In this document: in pieces, positions 1-12,240 of the stretch
How the letters are laid out: every line of letters starts with the position of its first letter
Numbering within the stretch: the stretch's first letter is position 1
NCBI GenBank assembly: GCA_018398765.1
Contig: JAHBMJ010000507.1
Span: 1 to 45,862, forward strand
DNA: 45,862 nucleotides
Direction: 5' to 3'
Source of the DNA: Chromera velia
Taxonomy: Eukaryota
Translations under genes and position numbers: made by a program
Notes under the pieces: generated by a model
What the model saw: only the letters and a program-made list of their open reading frames with translations
Databases searched by the model: none
What the model was told of the DNA's origin: nothing

Positions 1-212
1 AAGCAGAGTGAGAGAGTCAGGGCATCCATGCACAAACACATGCTCTCCCCAACTCCTTCTCTCTCTCTCTCTCTCCCCCTCCTCGATCTGCTTGGATTAC
101 AAACAACGCCTTTAGTTAGAGACAGATGAAAGAAACAAAGGAACGTTCGATCTTTTCGAATGGATCGAGGGAAGAGGTCCAAAGGCGAAGGCAAGCCGGC
201 AGTGAGCGAACA

Positions 213-415
213 CAGGCCGGGGCGAACCTTACCCATTCTGGCCTGAATTAGGGGGGGTCCAACTTTTTGTGCATCCATGCATCAAAATTGCAGACCGGGG
301 CCAGCCACACCATTCTGGTCTGCAACCCTCATGCATTCATTTGTCCATCCACTCAACCAAATTCCTCCATAGTCAACCCGGCAGGCCGGGGCCAGCCACA
401 CCATTCTGGCCTGCC
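213..415 (+). repeat. Three dispersed ~33-bp hairpin repeats (213-245, 288-325, 380-415)
   Basis: Copies read caggccggggcgaaccttacccattctggcctg, ttgcagaccggggccagccacaccattctggtctgcaa and ggcaggccggggccagccacaccattctggcctgcc. In each copy the 5' arm pairs with the 3' arm, including G-U pairs on the + strand. Confidence 0.8.
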
Positions 416-1189
416 TTTGCATCCATTCATCGACCTCTTGTTCTTCTTTGGTCGCCTCTTCACAGCTCGACAGAGAGACAGTTCAAAGGTGCAGGAAGCG
501 AATCAAAAAACCAAAACATGAAGAAACCCGAAGGCTCCCAGGAAGAGAGGGGGGTAGAGAGAGAGTGGGAGGGAAGAGCAAGAATCGAATGAAGAAGCTT
601 TGATTACACAGAGAGAGGAGAGAGGGAAAGAGAGAAGAAAACAAAACAACAGAGAAAGGACCGAAAGTACAGAAGGAGGAGTTCGTTCAGCCTTTGATCA
701 TCATGCAAAAAAGACAGGCCGAAAGAAACGCGCACGCACAAACACACACAGGTACGACATAGATGAGCCGATCGATCGATTGATCGATTTTGAATCCTTC
801 GGTTCTGTTGATTGAAAAGTCTCGACCGATACAAAATTACAGACATGCAGAGCCACTCTCTGGTGCGATGAAGGGTGGAAGGGGTACTGGCGTACCAGAA
901 AGAAGAGGCCATTCCATGCCTTTCCTCACTTTGTTCTGTTTGTCAGGTGTTGAGAAAGGGGACGGACGGACGGACGGACGAGAGGGAAAGAAATCAACGA
1001 AGACAAGAACGAAGGAGGAAGACGTACAGACCGGAGAACTCGATACTCCTCTCTGGCCTCTCCTCCACCCGTTTCCTTTCTCTCTCTCTTTCTCTCTCTC
1101 TGTGTGTGTGTGTGTGTGTGTGTGTGCGTGCGTGTGAGTGAAGTTAGAATTCTCTGTCCCCTCTTTCCTTTCCACTTGTCCTCTTCTCT

Positions 1190-3082
1190 TCACGATGCTC
1201 TGCGCGTGTTCTCCTTCTCCTCAGACTGGTGACTCACAGCCGGCGAAGAGGATGCCCCCCCCGAGTTCCTCTTCTCCCTCTGCACGTGCAGTCTGTAGAA
1301 CTCACGCATGAACGCGCAGAGAACGTCGATGGCCGTCTCCGAGACCCCGTGGTAGTTCGTCACGCGGATGCCTCCTGCCAGGGGGTGGCCTCGCAGCTGG
1401 TGCATGTCCCTGCAAGGAAGGAAGGAAGGAAGGAAGGAAGGAAGGAAATTGAATTGGATCGATGCAAATATTAGTATGTGTTAGTATGAACGTTTACTCC
1501 TGGCTGAATGGATGGATTGATGGATGGATTGATGGATGGATGGAGTTGAGTTGGTTGATCAATGTTTTGCTTCTCGCTACGTGAGCTTCATGAAGAGCCG
1601 AACGGCACTCAAAGGGCAGACGCGGCTTGTTTCCCTGTCTGTGAGGGAGGGTCTTTTTCAGTGCGCACATAGGTACATGCATACATACATGCATACAGAA
1701 CATGTGTGCGTGTGTGTTACGATCCTTTTTGAGTCGAATCCCAAAAGCTGACCCACCCACCTGGCCTCTGCCATGGAGAGGAAGGCCTCCTCCAGAGAGG
1801 TGGAGGGCTCCGGAGTTGCCTGCCCGGCAGATTCCTTCTGTCCACCCGCACAGATGCGGAGAGGAATACTCATCAGAGACCGGCTGTGGGGGGCCACCTG
1901 CACGTTTGCATATGTCAAAGGTTACTTATTTGACCTTTGCTCTTTTTCACTGACCGCCAGGATGCCCCTGACAATGCTCAGTTAAGTCTCCGCTGCTCCT
2001 CTGCATGCCCCTCTTTTCTCTTCTCTTGTGACCCAGAGAGGAGTCCAAAACGCACATAAGGAGAAACAGGGAAGCGCAGAGAAGGAGGGAGCAAGAAAGA
2101 GTGACCAGAGCGACAAGGACACGAAGACAAAAAGAAAACCTCGATTGATTGACCCACAGGGTTGTAGTAGAATCCGTTGCTCTCCTCGAGGACCTTGGTG
2201 ATCTTCTTTGCCTTTCTGAACGCCCGCGCTTGGAGAGCCCTCAGTCCCCCCTCCTCCTCGTACGCCTTCAGGACGTGTCGCATGAACTGGATCTGCACAA
2301 CAGAAAGAATGATGAAGGGACGATGAAACCAAAGGCTGATAGTCCAGCCAGTCTGATACCCCTCTCGTCGATTAGATGCAAAGACAAACAAACATACATA
2401 CGCAGAGAGAGGGGGGGGGAGGGAGGGGGAGGGGGAGAGAGAGAGAGAGAGAGACTCTGACTATGGCTTTGCGTCTCTTCACACTGACGCATGCATAGGG
2501 GGAGAGGCCGAAAGGAATTCAGGGCAGGCAGGCAGGCAGACAGATCGCATGCACACTTTGCTTGCATCTTGAGTGAGGCACACTAGGGTAGGTGAACCGA
2601 CCGCAGATATCGACAGATGCATGAATGGATGGACAAAGAAAGAACATGGCCCTCCCCATGCACGCAGGCGCTGTGAAAGAAAGCTCGAGGGGCGGTTGAT
2701 CGAGAGATTGCAAGTGAGAAATCATCAAGACAGAGATGCAAGGATTCGGCCATGCGCGGATGTGTATGTGGACATTCGCGTCCTCACCTGGAAGGCAGGG
2801 GGGGTGTTGTAGAGAGAGCCGATGGGGCGGGTCTCCGCGTGCTGCCTGAAGGAATGGATGAACGGAAGAAAGAAAGAAAGAAAGAAAGAAAAGAAAGAAA
2901 AGAAAGAAAGAGGTTAGGCAGGCGGACACAGTGAACAGCAGAGGGAAGCAGGTGCTTTTCGCTTCCAGTTAGGATGATGCAAAAAATAAAAAAATTCGCG
3001 AATGAAAATGTTGAAGGTCGCTGCCGAAACCTCCTCCATATATGGAGGAACACAGAGAGGCAGCACGAAAGAGAACACACAC

Positions 3083-3121
<39 letters not shown>

Positions 3122-5761
3122 GCACGCACGCACGCACACAGAGAGAGAGACACACACACATATACACAGACACATACACACACACACACACACACAGAGA
3201 GAAGCCCCTGTGCACGACAAGAAAAGCCGTCATACAAAATTAAGTAAAGAACAACAGAGAAAGTCCTCATTGATTTTAAGGCAAAGACAACTGAAGAGGT
3301 CCTGGTGACCGAAATCCGGATTTTGTATGCCTTCAAACTTTACTTACTTCATTTGGAAGCACTCTCCATGAGTAATTCTATTCATATGATAGCCATCTTT
3401 TCCGTTTGCGTGCTAGTACCTGCCAACCGACGCCAAGAAGAATTCAATCGGGCGGGAAATGCGAGCGACAGTCAGACTGGGCAGACCAATCTTCACAACC
3501 CGATTTTTTCTTCGTAGCAAAAAATGAAAGAGCAGGAGGCCGTTCCGTGTTGAATTTCATGCACCTCAATCATTCCACCACCCGCATACCAACCACGATT
3601 AGTGCACTCACTTGTACGAAAGGATGGAGGGGCACCAGGGTTTGGCCCTGTCGGAGTCCACCAGGTCTTTCCGGACGATAACCAGGCAGACACCCGCAGG
3701 CCCGAGGTTCTTGCCGGCAGACGCGTAGATGCAACCGTATCTGCACCTCCCTCCGTCAGAGAAGGAAAAAATGAGAAGGAAGAAAGAAAGAAAGCCTACC
3801 TCTCGATCGAGAAGGAGTGAAGGAAATGCAATGGAGAGGGAGAAGGTACAAAAGCAAGATGGGGAAGATGCACACCCTTTGTTCACCCCTCCTCTAACAC
3901 GAAAACACGGGAAAGGAAATGAAGAAAACAAATCTTTCAGCACTTGCATCTCCGTCGACGAAGGAAAAGTTATCGGAAGAGGCACACAGTACAGAGGAAA
4001 TGGAAAAGCGAAGTACATGAAAGACAAGACGAGAAAGTCACCCAGCCAATCAATCACACAACCAGAAAACCAGACGAAGAGGAGATCAAACAGACCTGTC
4101 GATTCGGATCGGACGAGAGAAGAGGGTCGAGGTAAAGTCGCCAACCTGAAATTCAAAGACCAGAGAAAAAAAAAACAGAAAGGCATGACTGACGGATAAT
4201 GAGCACGAAGCATGCAAGCTCCCGAATCTGGTCTTTTGTGGACGCAAAATTGAAAGCTACCAGCTAAGGACCTAGCAGCCATACGGAGGAACCGAAACCA
4301 AAGAAACCGCGAGAAGGGGCAACCAAGAAGTTTGCATCCACACCCAACACCCCACCACCACCCCTCCCCCACCCTCCCTCCCGACGGACCAGAATTTTCC
4401 CTTCAGGCAGCTCGGCGTCCTCGAACAATTCGAGTCCATGGATCGTCTCATTCGCGCAGATGTGCACGATCTCGGCCTTGTCAGACAGCATCCACGTGGA
4501 GGGGTCGGGGTAGGACGTGTAGTTGGACTCTGAGGCGTTGGCGACGATGTTCACCCTGCGTGCATGTGAATTAATGCACTAAATGGGGGGGGAAGCATGG
4601 ATGAATGTCTCGACACCGTATCTCCTTTCGTGCTCATCTGGTAGTAATAACGGCACTGTGGCACAATGACTTTTGTTTTACAACCAGGCAAGCAGGTAGA
4701 AAAGAACGTCGGCGGGAGACCTGGCGCGTTGTCAACGAAGAAAGAAATGAGGCTGGCAGGTAAGCAAAGCAACCAACTCACTCACTTGCAGTACTTCTCT
4801 GCCTCCTTTGCCGCCTTCTGACTCCAAAACCCCGCCACCACGTAGTCTGCCTCAGTCGCGTCCCCCAGAAGGTTCAGAGGAACCGCGGAGAACTGAGCAT
4901 GAGCACCGCCGTGCATGAACAGAACATCTGCAGACAGGCAGACAGGCACACAAATACATGCTCATTGGTAGCTTCGTGGGCCCCATTTGGACCCATTGAT
5001 TGATGCTTCAGTTGCATTCAGTGAGGCTGTCTGATCAGACAGAGACCAGACAGACAAACTAGGGTCTGGAACCAAATAGAGGGTGAAGACAGGCAGGAAG
5101 GGGCGAAGAGGAGAGGTCTGCATGGTGCTGGCTCTCCAAGAGCGTGTATGTAGGAAGACCGGTGATGAAGAAGAAGAAGAGTGGGAGGGAAAGGGCTTAC
5201 AGTAGTCATCAGGAACTTCCAGCAGCCTCCGCACGGACGCTTCGGTTGCCTCCACGCTCTTCTGCACATGTCCCCCCTCGTCTCTGTGGGACATCTCGAT
5301 GATCCCCATGCCTGTGCCTTCATGATCCGCGAACTCCTGCATGTGGAAGAAGAAAGGAGAAAGGGGGAAGGCCCGGAAGAGAGAAGACAGAGGGATGCGG
5401 AGATCATCACTCGCCAGCATTTTTGTCGGATTCTGCCCCTCAATTCAAAAGAAAGGGCAGGAGTGAACATCCATGACACACCTCCGGAGACTGGTGTGGC
5501 AAGACCTCATCCCACGAGGCCTCTTTGAGGGCAGAACCAGGGAACGAATTCACGTGCCTCCTAGTCATTCCGATCCGTCACGCGTACCTGTTTCATCGCT
5601 TCCATGATGGCGCAGGGCATCGCGGCAGAGCCAGCAGAGAAATTGTGAGCACGGTGCACGGCGGGCCGATCGAGCTTGCTCTTCCGGACCGTCAAAGGAG
5701 GCGAGGGGGCCTTCAGGTCCTCGGATGTGGACAGAGTGTCAATCTCAATCTGGGGATCCAT
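1190..5761 (-). CDS. serC: Phosphoserine aminotransferase (PLP-dependent, class V), 10 exons, 448 aa
   Basis: Exons 5761-5588, 5336-5201, 4927-4786, 4555-4390, 4145-4096, 3740-3612, 2845-2788, 2292-2158, 1897-1761 and 1409-1190. All introns are GT-AG, phases are consistent, and the total is 1347 nt ending in TGA. Family motifs present: [51 protein letters not shown] (PLP lysine), SLYNTPP and GH..GGIR. Confidence 0.95.
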
Positions 5762-6599
5762 TGTGCTTAAGGGGAAAATTCAGATTAGTCGTTTGTGCCG
5801 TTGGCTGGAAGGGAGCTAGACAGAGAGACACAAAACAAGGTGAGCAGGGGGCAAAGCGCAACTTGGCAAGCTTGGTTCTCTTTTTCAGGTTCAGTGCAGC
5901 GATGAGCTTTCAGTCGATCAACGCTGTTCTCTTGACGTCGGCCCTCTGCTACACGTGGCTGGGATCGTTGGTGGGCCAAAGATGGCCAAAGAAGAGACTC
6001 ATCGTGACTCCGACTTAGGAGAAATTAAGCTACGATCTTCAATCGATCTTCATTTTTGAAGACCGCGGACCGCGGGTCGGACCCCACGGCCCGGCGGCGC
6101 GCGGTCCCCCAATGCCTGCAGCAACCCCGGCCGAATGATTGGCCCAAATCCCGGCCGGGGCCGACCACTGAGATTCACTGATCGAAGATGATCAGTCTGC
6201 AGGCTCGGCAATGGCTCGGCAATAAGTGTGAAAAGCTCCCGAACTTCAACAACTTTCATTGAAGGGAGGTATATAGCCCACATCTGTTCTTCCATAGCGG
6301 CAAAAGTCTCGGTCTTCGATTTTCATTCCTCGCGGATTTGATCTGTCGCAGTCCTCCTGACTTTCTAGCAGCAGTGTGCCTGCTGCAAGGCTGCGGGTGT
6401 GAGAGTCTTCTTCAGTCTTTCCATCCCAGATTTCCAAAGAAGATCGGACTCCACGTGCGAATTTTTCAATCATTCCTACGCTGGTCTTACGTGGAAGGGT
6501 GGAGTGATTGCCCTCCCTTCCGTGGGCGGCTCTACTCGGGGCTCCTGCAATCTCCAGCTAGTCTTGCACTGTAATCTGACTAGCTCGTGACTATCTACA
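5762..6599. promoter_or_regulatory. Probable bidirectional promoter/5' UTR region between serC and the E2-variant gene, with GC-rich hairpins at 6061-6160
   Basis: Head-to-head ATGs are separated by 838 bp. Inverted repeats: GGACCGCG (6067-6074) with CGCGGTCC (6100-6107), and CCCCGGCCG (6125-6133) with CGGCCGGGG (6152-6160). Several TCGATC/GATCGA motifs are present. Confidence 0.5.
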
Positions 6600-9500
6600 A
6601 TGCACCTTCTGCAGCGGTTGGGGAAGCGCAATCGCGCCTTTTCCTCTGTCGATGCGGACGGAGAGGGTGGTGACGGTGCTTCTCCTGTTCAGGAAGGGCT
6701 CGCTTCTGTCTTTTCATGCATGGACGTTGGAGGAGGAGGAGCCTCTTCTTCGTCCTCTTCCGGTTCTTCCTTCCTTCCTGCAAAGCTTCGCGACTTTGGT
6801 GTTCCCTCGCGGCGTCTGTGCGGTTCTGACGGGGGCTTGTCGCAGCAGCAGAGAGGGAAGAAGGCGCGACTGAAACTTCCGGCAGCACTCTACAGGTACG
6901 TGTGGAGGCTTCTTCAGAGTATCGTGTTTTTTTTTTTACACTATCCCTGTTTCTGGTTTGGTCCATGTGGCGCTACTCGATGCACGGGAAAAGAAGGAAC
7001 AGTCCGAGAGAGGGGTAAGGCAGAAAGTAGGAAGAAGGAATAATATCGGAGGGGGAAAGCAGCACACGAGAACGGCAGAGCCATGTGAATAAGAAGGGGG
7101 AGAGGCTAAACGAGTCTGCGCTTTTCGTCCTTCCTCGACGTATGTCACTCTCTTTTGCTTGGATTCCGTTTCTGTTACTCCCACTCTCTATGGCTGCCTG
7201 TTGTGCGTCGATGCGTATGAATCTTTTCTTTCCATGTGTGTGCAGACTGAAAGGAGAATTCCAAGAGCGGGCTCTCCACCCGTTTGTGCTCTGCGACTTC
7301 AGTATGGACCCCCCGACTGCCTCTTTCAGGGTGGACTTGACCAGAGGTGCGCTGCCTGCCTGCCTACCTGCTTGCTGGTGCAAACTTTCTTTTCCCTCTT
7401 TTCCCTTTCTGCATCGGCGGAATAGAACTTACTTGCATTTCTCTGTAAATGGTTCAACAAGAAGCAACGAGGGATGTGGTAGGTCTTCAAAGAAAAAAGA
7501 CGGGACGTCTTCTGACTTTTGCGAGGACTGTCTTTCCATCCGTCTATTCCCTTCTTGGAACGCCCCCTGCTTAATTGACAAGGGGGGATTTGGGGGTCTG
7601 CGTGCCCTTTCCGTCTGCCATACTTATTGTCCAGATGCGCAGAGGCCGTTTGAAGATGTGCGTCCTCTGTTTGGTCTCTCTTCCTGTCCTCAATCACTTA
7701 GTCCGGCATCACATCTGAAGAAGGACAAAGAACTTGAAGCCTTCCTTTCGATACGTTTCTTCCGATACGTTTTCCTTCCTTCCTGCAGGACCCCATGCCG
7801 GCACCTCTGTGTACGTGGACCTGATCTTCCACCACTGGTACCCCCACTCGCCTCCGAAGATGTTCTTCAACAACGATAAGATCATCCCGCAGATGAAGGA
7901 GGTCAGTCAGTCTGTATGTCTGCCCGTCTGTATGTCTACCAGTTCGTTTGTCGGTCTGTCTGTCTGCCTTTCTCACCGTCTTAGTCAAAGAATTGTGGCG
8001 CCCTCCGGGAATCCGTTGTTCTTCTTATGTTGAGAGTATGTGTGTCTGTCTGTCTGTTGCAGGAAATTCTCCGAACTCTGGCTCCTTTCTGGAGTCCTGC
8101 CACCACGACGACCACCATTGCGGACCCCCCCTCCACTCATGCAAACTCTCACACCTCTACAGCACTACCGTGTACCTCCATTCTCTTTGCGCAAACAGGG
8201 CGCGACAGAGATGTGAACAGTATGTTGATGGCCGACAGACCGACAACCACAACCTTCCCAGCTGACCCCTCAGTGCCTCCAGGGGAGGCAGCGAAGACAT
8301 CTGCAGAAAGAGAAGGGGGGGGGGCAACGCTGTCGATGATGGAGGACGGAGGGACGGGGGGGGAAGAGGGAGGGGCGACAGCTGCAGCAGCAGCAGCAGC
8401 AGCAGATGGGGTGGCGGTCGCGTTAGCAGGGTCAGGGCCGAGTACGGGGACGGGGGGGTGGGACAACGACACCACACCCCCTGGGAGTCCCCCGACCTCT
8501 CCATGTCACCAGCCCTCATTCTCGTTGTCCTATCACGAGAGCAACTTCCAGTCAGGCATACCTCGTTCCCCTCCCCCCCCTCTCCCTTCCTCCGTGACGG
8601 AGTCTGGGGGAAGGGAAGGGGAGGTTCGTCTCCTATGGTGGCACACGGACGCCTGGAGCCCTGCCTTCTCTGTCCGCAACGTTTTGCTCCCGTTCCTAGC
8701 CGTTCTTGAGGGGGGGCGTCTGCCGCCTGTGAAACCGGCAATGAAGCGCCACCTGCCCCCATCTGTTCTCGCCCGTGTGCCTGTGAACGCGGACAGCAGA
8801 GACCCAGACGCGTATGCGCTTCCACCCCCTCTAGAGGAGTGTGCGGTCGGAGAGGGTGTGGATTTCCACTTACACGGTAGTCATTGGAATGCCGAGAGTG
8901 GGGGAGGAGGGATGGCTGGGGGATTGGGTTCGTTTTCTAGCTTCGGTTTTGGCTTCGGCGGTGGGGTGGACAAAGAGGGCAGAAGAGGGGAGGGGGGAGA
9001 GGCAAGTTTCTCTTCCTCGCCCCTCCAGTGTTCCTCCTCCAGCTCCGCCTCTCCCTCTTCCGTATTGGGTGAGACGTCTCGCAGCAATAGCAAGTTGCCT
9101 GCTTTCCTAGGGCCCTTCCCGGTCCTTTCCGGTCCCTCTGCCTCGTCAGGAGAAGGGGGGAGAGGGGGGGAGGGGGGTTGGCCGTCTTCCGCCGCTTCAT
9201 CGTCTTTCCCCTTCTCGCATCAACAGGAGGACTGTCGGGGGGGGAATGGGGGAGGGAGTCCGTCTTCTGCCTTCGGTGTCGCCTCCCCGAAGAGCACCTT
9301 TCCCTCATCATCAACCACACAGACGGTGTTCGGATGGAATCCGTCTTCCGATCCTTCGGGAACGTTCGCTTTCCCGGACCACTCGCACCCGGGTAGTAGC
9401 CACGAGCGCTGTGGCAGTAGCTCGCTGAACCGAAGCACGAATGCACATCAGAGCACCAACAGCAGCAACCCCTTCCTGGTCCCTACAGGAAACAGTAGCC

Positions 9501-9802
9501 CTTTCGGGTTTACGTCCGGATTCTGTGTCGCCCCTGACAACATCTCTGGCTCCCATGTCACCCCCGTCAACATTCCGGGGACGTTCGCTGTCTTCCAGGT
9601 GGCGTCAGAGACTCCCTCCGGGGTGCTCTTCGGAGACGGGGCAAAAAGGGGTGGGGGTAACGCCACGCAGACGCAAGGGGTCGGGTCCGCCCATGCGGGG
9701 TGGCCCCAAGGGGGGAGCGGTATGGGTTTGGGTGTGGGTGTGGATGTTCCTGCTGCTGAGGGGCATGGGGGGAGTTCAGAGGACTGTCTGATGGCCGTGT
9801 GA
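6600..9802 (+). CDS. Ubiquitin-conjugating (UBC/E2)-fold protein lacking the catalytic Cys (UEV-like), with low-complexity insertion and FG-rich tail; 4 exons, ~749 aa
   Basis: Exons 6600-6895, 7246-7346, 7789-7901 and 8063-9802 (GT-AG, phases consistent, 2250 nt). UBC-like segments: AALYRLKGEF (helix 1), RGPHAGTSVYVDLIFHHWYPHSPPKMFF (GPY.G...YP..PPK.F) and GEVRLLWWHTDAWSPAFSVRNVLLPFLAVL (G.vCl...WSPa..i..vL). Confidence 0.8.
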
Positions 9803-11559
9803 CGTCAGGCAATTTCTTTCTTCCACTCTCTCCTCCCAAAGCGGAAGGAAGGAACGAAGGATGGAAGGAATGGAATCGCAGTTCGCTCAGGAAGGAGAGG
9901 GGGGGGGAGCGCTCTTGTTTCTCCCTGCTCCTTTCTTTTCTCTGTTCTTTTTTTTTTTCTCTCGTTTCTGTCCTGTTTCCGTGAGAGCTCTAGAGCAGGA
10001 CAGGAACATGCGTGTGGTGCAGACATTCCTTCGTCTAATTTAAAGGAAACAAATATGCAGACTCAAATAGACAAACAACACGTGTACAAAGGAAGTAGAA
10101 GGGAGATGGAAGGAAGGAAGAAGGCATGCAGAGAGGAAAGGCGACATAAATGCGTCGCCTCTCTCCCTCTTTTCATTCTCGTTTCTGCTTGTTTATTTGC
10201 TTTTTTTGTTCGTGAAGTGGTGCTTTCTGTGCACGCGTATGTTTGTGCCTCAATGTACTTTGAATACTTGACATCACTCACTAACTTATTCCGTCACATT
10301 CACTCGATCTCTGGGTGGAGGGAGCGGATACGGGAAAGGAGAGAAGATGGAGTCCGTTGTATCCGCTCAAATGGGATTGGGGTGGTGATGATTTCACTCC
10401 CGTCTTACCTTTTCTGAGAGAAGGGGAGGAAGAGAAGAAGGCTTCCGTCCCTCCGCGCTTCCAACAAATGTCGGCAAGACAAAGACAAAAGACGATAAGG
10501 GGGGTGCTGCAGCCGAAAGGAAGCGAGAGGAGGGAAGAGAGGGCTGGGCTGCTCGATCTACGTTTGGGAAGTGAGATAAAGAAGAAATGAGAGTGAGAGT
10601 GTTCCCGCCTTCCAGTCCGCTGCTTGCCTTCCATTTGGTTGCTTGCTTGGTTGGTGGGTGGGCCGCTCTGAATCTGACTTTGTCTCTCTGGGTATCTGTG
10701 CGTTCATTGCCCTTCCTCCCTTCTTTTCTTTTCTGTTCTTTTCTTGGTCTCCTGGAGGACGCGCCACTGCTCTACTTGCACCCTCTCTCTTTTCTCTCCC
10801 TTTATTTCCCCGATGCATGCGAATTCGTTGTGTAAATTTAGATCGAATGATGAAGTGCCTGTATGTGTGGATCAATGAAAAATACCTGTCAAAAAAAAAT
10901 TTCAAGGCCGAGATCGATCGATTGATGTCACAGGCAGCTTCCACCTGGATGGATGGATGGATGGATGGATGGGTCTTCCCCTGACAATAGAGGGCAAGGG
11001 AGAGGGGGGCGGGATCGAAATGTTAGATTCCTTTAGACACTGAATGAGTGACTCAATGAAGGTTGTCGCTCTTTTAGATTTCCCGTGACTTCATTCTCTT
11101 CTTTATCTTCTCACTCGCTGGCACGTGTTCTGTTCTTTGTCTCCGTTTCCGCTTACTTGCCCACTTGGGGGAGAGAAGGGTGAAAGCAATTCATTCTTAC
11201 ATTGAAGTGGCGTTCACGCAGGTGAATGTGAATCAAGTTTTTTGGGAGAAAGAGAGGTCCCCCATGTATGCCATCTTGTAAGTCAAATCTTCTGGTTCAT
11301 TTTCTGCCAGAGTACCGTCGAACAAAAGAGGCAGAAAAGCGACGAAAAACTTTGAACAAAGAGATCAGGAGGGGAAAGCCTGAGGGAGCGCAAAAAAGCC
11401 AAGCGAGAGGGGAAGAATACAGATTGTCACAGGAGTTTATGAAACAAGACTCGGAATCACGAGTCATGCATGACATAATTCACCCTGCTTCACTCTCTTC
11501 GCGGCCAATCGGAAACAGTGCGGCACACTGTTTTACAAACTAAGATACAAAGTGTCTCG

Positions 11560-12240
11560 ATCAGTGTGAAACCTGTTTTAACATCGTTTTAACAATCATC
11601 ATCATACGTCATGTAGCTATTGGCCCATGCCTAGGCCCATGCATCCAGCCATAGAAACGTAATTCAAGTTTGTTTTCCTAATTTTTTTCAACATTTTTCC
11701 ACCTATGCAGTTTTCCACTTAACTAGAATTTTTTACTAGATTTTTTGTGTCATATACTAAATCCACATAATTAGAATTGACATATTCTAACTCGTAGCCC
11801 AAGTTGTGGATCTAGTTGTCCGTGTATGCTACCATGCTTAAAGAATTTTTGAGTTCTTAAATTAGTGTGCAAATTTAATTTTTTGATGATGATATAAAAG
11901 CCTTAGCAAAAGTATGCAATGCATTATAATACACTACAAAAGAAAACATGTTATTTATATAGCGATGGTTATTTACCTAAATAAAAGAACAACGTACATG
12001 AATTTTTCAATAAATTGTAACCTTTTATTTGTTTTCTTATTGGTAGGTTCTTACTAGATACAAGCTACTATAAAGGCTGTGCATAAATTTTTTTTTTGGA
12101 AGGAAGCGATGGTCAAGTTTTTATCATTTATGGACCAAGTATAGTGATACCCCCTTCTAATCTTCAAGGCCTCTATATGTGTTTGACCATCAATCTATTT
12201 CAAATTCATCTCAATTTCATCAGCTAGGCAGACTGGTTGT
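11560..12240. other. AT-rich island, probably a decayed transposon remnant
   Basis: Abrupt drop in GC content with many TpA/CTAG dinucleotide and tetramer sites, unlike the flanking DNA. No convincing termini were found. Confidence 0.35.

Noticed and set aside
213..415. Spaced palindromic repeats as a CRISPR array
   Set aside because: Only three imperfect copies, the spacers share motifs and differ in length, the context is eukaryotic and no cas genes are present. Kept as a structured repeat.
2914..3336. ORFs such as HTHTHT/CVCVCV/ERERER (also at 21.2, 27.9, 34.1, 43.1 and 44.1 kb)
   Set aside because: They are translations of dinucleotide microsatellites in introns or intergenic DNA.
11628..12230. 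TGCCTAG...CTAGGCA as TIRs of the AT-rich island
   Set aside because: Only 7 bp long with no TSD, which is compatible with chance.
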